Both the position numbers and the translations under genes were made by a program. From a virus (lineage: Duplodnaviria > Caudoviricetes), in the IMG/VR virus record IMGVR_UViG_3300015610_000750, positions 39,140 to 103,139 of that record: a DNA stretch of 64,000 nt; one strand, given 5' to 3'. A model generated the notes under the pieces. It was not told where the DNA came from. It saw nothing but the letters and a program-made list of their open reading frames with translations, and made no database searches. Shown here one piece after another: positions 57,971-64,000 of this stretch (position 1 is its first letter; each line of letters opens with the position of its first letter).

Positions 57971-58372
57971 TACCGTAGTGAATTGGAGGGTTACTTCGTA
58001 AATGGATTACAAAAAAACACTCTTTGATAACTTACTCGGTCAATTATAAAATGGCAAACATAGCGATAGTTTTGAGATACTTCGTATAAACTATGATTCA
58101 ACGATCAAGTGTTTAGCTGACAGCGAAAACTACCTGTCCTGACATCGAAAGAAGTCAGGTTCTAAAATAAACAGGTGAAAAAGTCCGGAAAATACTCCGT
58201 TAAAAGATTAAGGAATTCATAAACTTCCTTCAAAAAAAGAGATGAGTGAGATGTACACTGAAAATATCGGCAAAGTTTTTGGGAGAATTCTTTGTATCGC
58301 TCAGGCTAAATTTACTTGTTTGCATAAATACTAATGACCAGATTCAACAGAAATGTTAGTCTGGTCTTTTTT
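57971..58372 (+). ncRNA. Candidate large structured non-coding RNA (~400 nt), family unknown
   Basis: No ORF, higher GC than flanks; nested stems GCAAACA/TGTTTGC, ACCTGT/ACAGGT, CCTGAC/GTCAGG with a GAAA loop, ATAGTTT/AAACTAT, AAGGAA/TTCCTT, TGAGTGA/TCGCTCA; promoter and terminator flank it. Confidence 0.65.
58336..58372 (+). terminator. Intrinsic terminator closing the candidate ncRNA
   Basis: GACCAGATT...AGTCTGGTC followed by TTTTTT. Confidence 0.75.
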
Positions 58373-58388
58373 GTTTTATTTGTTTTAT

Positions 58389-59012
58389 TCACAAATTATT
58401 CCTCTTAATATCTCGATTAACTTTACTACAAAGTGGTCTTAAATTTGAATAATGATTTAGTTTGACCAAGTCCTCATAGTTTTCAGCACTTGATAGTGGA
58501 ATTATATGGTCTATATCCCATCCATAATTAAACTCACCATTGTATAATCCTTTGTTTTTCCATGTCATCCAATTTTCAAATTGTGACTCTATGTGAGTTT
58601 TAAATTTCTCATAAGTGCATCCTAATATTATTTCTGTTTTTAGTAATTTTTCTGATTTTTTATTTCTAAATGCTAGCTTTATTAGGTTTCTACAACTTCT
58701 TCTGAGCTTAAACATCAAATCTGTGTTATATCTATTTCGAGAATATTCAGTATGATAGTTTGGATTATTAATTTTAAAATCCTTCAAATTTTTTAATACT
58801 AGTTCTTTATTCTCTTTGACATATTCCCTTCTCCTTTCGTTTAATTTTTCCCTATTCTCCTTTTGATATTTTCTTTGTCTTTCTCTAATTCTTTCTCTAT
58901 TAGTATCATCATATTTTTTTCTGTTTTTATTATAACATGATATACATCTCTTTCTTGTATATTTTTTGAATAGGTTTTGGTCGGTTTCTAAACAATCTAT
59001 ACATACTTTCAT
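58389..59012 (-). CDS. HNH endonuclease with N-terminal CxxC motifs
   Basis: CIDC...CISC, LGCT, MTWKN, WDIDHIIPLS, NHYSNLRPL..N..KRN. Confidence 0.85.
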   Translation of the reverse strand: MKVCIDCLETDQNLFKKYTRKRCISCYNKNRKKYDDTNRERIRERQRKYQKENREKLNERRREYVKENKELVLKNLKDFKINNPNYHTEYSRNRYNTDLMFKLRRSCRNLIKLAFRNKKSEKLLKTEIILGCTYEKFKTHIESQFENWMTWKNKGLYNGEFNYGWDIDHIIPLSSAENYEDLVKLNHYSNLRPLCSKVNRDIKRNNL

Positions 59013-59191
59013 ATAATAATTTTTAGTTTTTTTAATTCATTCTTAAAGAGTTCATTTTTACATAGCTCTTCGATAATTATGTTTTCTATAAACTTTGATC
59101 TATTTGAAAAATTAGAATCTACTATTTCAAGAACCTTCGGATCAAGAGTTATTGACGCATTTACTTTTTTAATCTTAACTTTTCTTTTCAT
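59009..59191 (-). CDS. Small ribbon-helix-helix-like regulator
   Basis: SITLDPKVL...NRSKFIE. Confidence 0.6.
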   Translation of the reverse strand: MKRKVKIKKVNASITLDPKVLEIVDSNFSNRSKFIENIIIEELCKNELFKNELKKLKIII

Positions 59192-59312
59192 ATTATCTAT
59201 TTCTTTTTAGTATATATTAAATAACCAAAGTCAAAAACAATAATTTTACAATAATTTTTACTTTTTTGAAAATATTTTTCTATCTTTACAGATTAAATAA
59301 CTATAATAAAAT

Positions 59313-61505
59313 ATGAGACTAACACACCTATCAATATATCAAATATCCAAAGATGGAGTTTTTGATAATGTAAATTCATATAAAGAATTAAATGATTCTA
59401 TTAAAAAGTATGGAGAATCTAAAGGAACACCAGGTTCAGATGAATATAATAATGCTGTTGGGAATTCTTTTGAGATATTTACACAATTTTTCTGTCTTAA
59501 ATATGGAAATCATCCATTATTGGGTATAAAAAATATAACTGATACTAGTGACGATTCATTTAATGTTGGATATGATTTCACGTTTATTGATTTTAGTGAC
59601 AAACCTGGTCAAATTCAGTCTAAATGGAGAGGAAATCCAAATCATCAATTTACAATATCAGAATTAGCAACAAATAGTGCTATTGCTGCTGATATGAATA
59701 TTGATAAGGATAATAATATACTCTTCACTAATTTGGACGATGTTGAAGAGTTATTTCACTATACTTATAAAACGGCTAGAAATAGAAGAAGGGTTTTTGG
59801 TAAAAATTCACAAGAAGAGTCAATTTTGAGGGATCCTAATTTTTGGAACGATTTTAGAAATTGTATAAAAGACTCGTCCAAAAATAGTTTTGAAGATCCT
59901 TACACACCAAGAGATATCCAAGATTGGATGTTAAATGGTATCAATAAAGATGGTGTTGTTTATGAGGGTGCTGAGTCTGTTCTAGGTGGTAAATACACAA
60001 AGGGAAGATTTGAGGCATCGACTGGTGCTGGTAAAACATTATGTCAGTTTTATAACATAGATAGGTCATTCAAAGTGTATGGTAAGAATTTGTCAGTGAT
60101 GATATTACCAACAAGGTCTCTTATAAGTCAAACATTTGGTGAGTTCTACAAGTGGAAAATGTTTGGTGACGATAGTAGTAGAAGTAATGTTTCATGTTTA
60201 ATTATAATGTCTGGGTCGAAGCCAAGATACAACGACCAAGTGGCAAATGTATTACAAACTTTGAGTGTCAAGGATTCTATTGATTTTGTATCAAAAGAGA
60301 TTTCTATTGGTAGAAAAGTTGTAATATTTACAACTATGAAATCACATGGGTTAAAATATTCTGATATTATTGACGGTCTTAAAGAAAAGTCAATTAGAGT
60401 GGGTCTTGAAATTATAGATGAATATCATAATATTATTTCATCGTCAAGTTCTAGAAAAGAGCAACTAGAAATTGCTGAATATCTCAAAAATAGTGAAGAT
60501 AGAACAGATGGTTCTTTATTCTATAGCGCTTCTAATAAGCATGGTCAGATACTTAGTTCGTTTAATGAGGATTTATTCGGTAAGTTATTATGTAAAGTAA
60601 GTAGGAATGAGCTTAGAGTTAGGGGTTATGTATCTCCTAAGCTAGTTTTTAAAATAGTTAGAGTTAAAGAGAAAAAGAACGATTCTGAGTCTCGAAGAAA
60701 TGCTTCGAGAATTAAATTGGATTTAGATAAGGCTCAGAGTGAGGCGGTGGCTATTATATCAGCTTATAAGGACTTACAAAATTATTATGAAAATCCAAAT
60801 ATGATTACTTTTGGAGACCATGTTGAAGGTTGTAGATATATATCTTCTAATGAGGAAGTTAAAAGTAATTTGCCTGGTGTTAAAAGTCATTTTATGGCAT
60901 CAGAAACCACAAATTCGGATAGGGATTATATCATAGATACTATTAGAAATAGTGGTGGTAATATACTAAACCAGCACTCTGTTGCCAAGGAAGGTATTAA
61001 TATTAACAACTTACATGGATCAGTTATTGGTAGAAATATGAGTATAATATCCCTACAACAATCCATTGGTAGAAGTGATAGAGGATTATATTCTGATTTA
61101 TTGAAATTGAATAAAGGTGAAATATCCTTAGATAATCCGAATGGTTGGGAAAAGTATTATAATGTGGTTTATGTTATAGTTGATTCAGATGAATCATTCT
61201 ATCAGAGGGTTAGAGAAATAGTAGGATATCTTTTAGGTGAAGGTATTCCTGAGAGTGAGTGGGATATATCAGAATTAGAAGATGATGGTAAGGGTGGATC
61301 CGAGTATAAGAAGCCCGATTTTTCACCTACAATTACAACTAGTTTTTCTTTTGATAAGAAAAAATTTAAACAAATGATTCAACAAGTTAAAATAGAACTA
61401 ATAGAAGAAGAAAAAAGAATACAGAAAGCTCTTTTAGAGGAAAAAGAAAGAGAAGAAATAAATTCTATGAATTGGTTAGAATTAATGAGATCAAAAAAGA
61501 TATAA
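59313..61505 (+). CDS. Restriction-type nuclease fused to an SF2 helicase (Res-like)
   Basis: GNSFE...GYDF...IQSKW (Mrr-like), ASTGAGKT, IIDEYH, SAS, EGINI, QSIGR. Confidence 0.75.
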   Translation: MRLTHLSIYQISKDGVFDNVNSYKELNDSIKKYGESKGTPGSDEYNNAVGNSFEIFTQFFCLKYGNHPLLGIKNITDTSDDSFNVGYDFTFIDFSDKPGQIQSKWRGNPNHQFTISELATNSAIAADMNIDKDNNILFTNLDDVEELFHYTYKTARNRRRVFGKNSQEESILRDPNFWNDFRNCIKDSSKNSFEDPYTPRDIQDWMLNGINKDGVVYEGAESVLGGKYTKGRFEASTGAGKTLCQFYNIDRSFKVYGKNLSVMILPTRSLISQTFGEFYKWKMFGDDSSRSNVSCLIIMSGSKPRYNDQVANVLQTLSVKDSIDFVSKEISIGRKVVIFTTMKSHGLKYSDIIDGLKEKSIRVGLEIIDEYHNIISSSSSRKEQLEIAEYLKNSEDRTDGSLFYSASNKHGQILSSFNEDLFGKLLCKVSRNELRVRGYVSPKLVFKIVRVKEKKNDSESRRNASRIKLDLDKAQSEAVAIISAYKDLQNYYENPNMITFGDHVEGCRYISSNEEVKSNLPGVKSHFMASETTNSDRDYIIDTIRNSGGNILNQHSVAKEGININNLHGSVIGRNMSIISLQQSIGRSDRGLYSDLLKLNKGEISLDNPNGWEKYYNVVYVIVDSDESFYQRVREIVGYLLGEGIPESEWDISELEDDGKGGSEYKKPDFSPTITTSFSFDKKKFKQMIQQVKIELIEEEKRIQKALLEEKEREEINSMNWLELMRSKKI

Positions 61506-61547
61506 TTTTGATTTTGTGAATTTAATATATAAAAGAAAAAATAGTTA

Positions 61548-61994
61548 ATGAAACACATTAAAAAAATAAACGAGCTAAAAGTAGGCATCATAACACATGA
61601 ACCTATTTTGGAAATGGCAAGGATAAATGATCCTAAGGAATTTCCATATGATGTTTTTGTTTATGGTGGGGATTCTTATGGTTCAGGTAGAAATGAACAT
61701 GGAGAACCACATTTTCATTTTGCTGATAAGATTAAAGGTGGTAAATGGAGTTTTTCAGTTTTAATTCCAACAGTTGAACAATGGAATCAAAATAAAGAAC
61801 TTTATATATCAGAAACATCAAATGGTGATTGGAACTGGACAGGACTTAGAAAAGAAAAAAAGTTGTTAATAAATTGGTTGGATAAACCAAATAACAATTT
61901 GAACCTATATACTAATTTGGAAATAATTAGACAACAATGGAACATTTTAAACACCGACAATAAAAATGTATCACAAATTAAAAGAATAAAATGA
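61548..61994 (+). CDS. CTS-bearing protein with an HxxPHFH (DUF4160-like) motif
   Basis: MKHIKKINE; EHGEPHFH; own TAATATATA promoter at ~61523. Confidence 0.55.
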   Translation: MKHIKKINELKVGIITHEPILEMARINDPKEFPYDVFVYGGDSYGSGRNEHGEPHFHFADKIKGGKWSFSVLIPTVEQWNQNKELYISETSNGDWNWTGLRKEKKLLINWLDKPNNNLNLYTNLEIIRQQWNILNTDNKNVSQIKRIK

Positions 61995-63577
61995 TAGGAA
62001 CAACATATTCAGTTATACAACCAGATATTTATCAGACATTTAAAGATGGTGATGATTTTGAACATATAATCGATAACTATATAATTGAAGCACATTCTGA
62101 TGATCCTCAGAAAAGAGAGTATTTACTTTCTTTACCAAAAAGAGAGAAGAGATTAAAGGCTCTTTCTCTTAGAACAAAGGATTTATATGAATGGAAAACA
62201 TTAATTGATAAGATCACTGGAAGTAGAGTGTCAAATGTTGATCACCTAAAACAAATTATTGCCGATTTTAGAGAATTTATAAAGAGAGCAAAAGTTGAAG
62301 ATAAACTATTTGGTGAAGTAATGACACCTCTCGATGAATTAGCAAGACCAATGGTCGATTTGGTTGAAAAATATGATTCGGAATTTTGGAAGACACCTAA
62401 AAAGGTATTGGATAGTTCTGCTGGTATTGGAACCTTTTTGATTATATGTGCTGCTAAATTTATGAATGGTTTAAAGAATTATCCTGGTTTAGAAGATCCT
62501 GATGTTAGATTCAAATTCATAGTTGAAAATTGTCTTTACTACGGTGAATTACAAAGTGGTAATGCTGCTTTATGGTTATCTGTTATAGACCCCTATGATG
62601 AATATAAAACAAATACTTTTTGGGGGAGCTTTCTTTCAGATAAAGATGATAAGTATAACTCTGATCTAAATGGTGTTTTTGATAAGCATATGAAAGAAGT
62701 ATGGACTGTTGATAAATTTGATTTAATTATTCAAAATCCACCTTATTCTTATTTGAAAGAAACTGATAAGAATAAATCATCTAAGAATCCTAAGACACAA
62801 CCAATGTGGCAATTTTTTGTTCAAAAATCATTAAAACTTTTGAAAGAAGGTGGTTACATGGTTATGGTTCATCCAGGTGGATGGAGGGATTTAGATGGGG
62901 TGTTTAAGGAAACACAAAATCTTTTAAAAGAAAAAAGTATTTTAGAACTTCATATGTTTCCTTTTAAGAGTGGATTAGAAGTATTTGGAGCTAAGACCAA
63001 CTTTGATTATTACATTCTTAAAAATAAAGAAAATAAAGGATGTATAACAGAAATTCATTGTGAGAATGGATCTATTGAAAGATTAAATTTATTAGAATTG
63101 GATTATATACCAGGTGAGAATATTTCAATGATTAATAGTCTTTTCGCTAAAGGGGGTGAGGATCGCGTAAATATAATATCGGATAGCACATATCATACCC
63201 AACAAGGTGAAAAAAAAGGATTTTTATCCAAATTAAAAAATGATAAATTCAAATATCCTGTTGTATATATGGTGTCATTTAAGAATGAACCCAGTTTTTG
63301 GTATTCTTCTATAAACAAAGGACATTTTGGGAATAAAAAGGTTATATGGGCCAATGGTAGTAGTGGTGTTATAATTGATAATAATGGTGAGTATGGACTA
63401 ACACAATTTTCAAGAGCAATTGTTGATGATGTTGAAAATTTGTATAACATTAAGAAAGCACTTGAAAGTGAAAAATTCATAAAAGAAGTAATGTTATTTA
63501 AGAACGGATTAGGACATAAGTATAATAATAAAGTTATATCTATGTTAAAAAAAGATTTTTGGAAGGATTTTATATGA
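61991..63577 (+). CDS. N6-adenine DNA methyltransferase (Eco57I-like, gamma class)
   Basis: GEVMTP, LDSSAGIGTF, FDLIIQNPPY. Confidence 0.85.
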   Translation: MIGTTYSVIQPDIYQTFKDGDDFEHIIDNYIIEAHSDDPQKREYLLSLPKREKRLKALSLRTKDLYEWKTLIDKITGSRVSNVDHLKQIIADFREFIKRAKVEDKLFGEVMTPLDELARPMVDLVEKYDSEFWKTPKKVLDSSAGIGTFLIICAAKFMNGLKNYPGLEDPDVRFKFIVENCLYYGELQSGNAALWLSVIDPYDEYKTNTFWGSFLSDKDDKYNSDLNGVFDKHMKEVWTVDKFDLIIQNPPYSYLKETDKNKSSKNPKTQPMWQFFVQKSLKLLKEGGYMVMVHPGGWRDLDGVFKETQNLLKEKSILELHMFPFKSGLEVFGAKTNFDYYILKNKENKGCITEIHCENGSIERLNLLELDYIPGENISMINSLFAKGGEDRVNIISDSTYHTQQGEKKGFLSKLKNDKFKYPVVYMVSFKNEPSFWYSSINKGHFGNKKVIWANGSSGVIIDNNGEYGLTQFSRAIVDDVENLYNIKKALESEKFIKEVMLFKNGLGHKYNNKVISMLKKDFWKDFI

Positions 63578-64000
63578 AAGAAATAGAAAACGCTTTAACT
63601 TTATTATCAAATCCCTATTGTATAGTTGGGATAATCTTAATAATTATTTTATTATGGTCTCTCTATTTTATAGGCAAAAAATATCCCCAAGAATAGAGGT
63701 GTTTAAAATTTGGCAAAAAGAAAAGGATATTCTTGAAAAAATTGATGTCATATCAAGTGACGAACAAGTTCTTATTGTTATATATCATAATAAGTATATA
63801 TTGGGATATGATAATGATGAAAAAATAGTATCAAATCTTATAGGATTTCATGCGCAATTTTCAAATGAAAATGTTGTAAAGTCATTTTATACTGATACGA
63901 ATCCGAACTTTGATATGGTTTTAACTAAACAAGAAATTAAAGATATTAAGGATAAGAGTTTCCGAGATAAATACAATTTTGTAATAAAAAAATATAGAAA
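63574..64000 (+). CDS. Membrane-anchored protein, split by a stop/frameshift at ~63696, partial
   Basis: 40-aa ORF with a TM helix, then a -1 frame open to the window end. Confidence 0.4.

Noticed and set aside
57971-58372. RNase P RNA or group I intron
   Set aside because: GAAAAAGTCCGG and ACAGAA are reminiscent of RNase P, but their order and the P4 pairing do not fit; no group I P7 signature is visible and no gene is interrupted.
114-63480. Many short ORF-track entries antisense to or overlapping long genes (e.g. 114..323, 4593..5113, 9231..9977 shadows, 25187..27732 plus strand, 50873..51307, 63193..63480)
   Set aside because: These are shadow frames of well-supported genes, with atypical composition and no promoters.
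1-64000. Stop-codon reassignment as seen in some large phages
   Set aside because: Core genes are full length in the standard code, and TAA, TAG and TGA all end genes at sensible positions.

Overview
A 64-kb segment of a strongly AT-rich, T4-related large (jumbo-type) dsDNA phage genome read in the standard genetic code. The host is probably Bacteroidota, inferred from TAnnTTTG -7 promoter elements, the lack of Shine-Dalgarno motifs and a type II glutamine synthetase. The window holds a head module (gp4, gp2-like, portal, prohead protease fused to a repeat scaffold, major capsid protein), a gp55-like late sigma factor, and replication/nucleotide genes (clamp loader, N-terminal half of a split family B polymerase, a minimal PolA-like polymerase, DinG and gp41/DnaB helicases, ThyA, NrdA). 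It also holds a tmRNA, repair/anti-defence genes (NADAR, NEIL1-like glycosylase, NFACT-R, HD and HAD phosphatases, Dam-like MTase), tail-fibre-like genes, homing endonucleases and an R-M-like helicase/MTase pair. The most striking patterns are as follows. (1) About 11 otherwise unrelated proteins share an R-[DE]-x-[KR]-[IL]-x-x-[IL]-[LI] tag, and several are degenerate fragments of capsid protein, prohead protease or ATPase/helicase, which suggests a tagged decoy/mimic system. (2) About 15 proteins carry a T4-like N-terminal capsid-targeting sequence. (3) An exact 15-bp box at fixed spacing from the late promoter precedes only the protease/scaffold gene, the capsid gene and an unannotated ~400-nt structured RNA. 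All family assignments come from motif recognition by eye; no searches were run.
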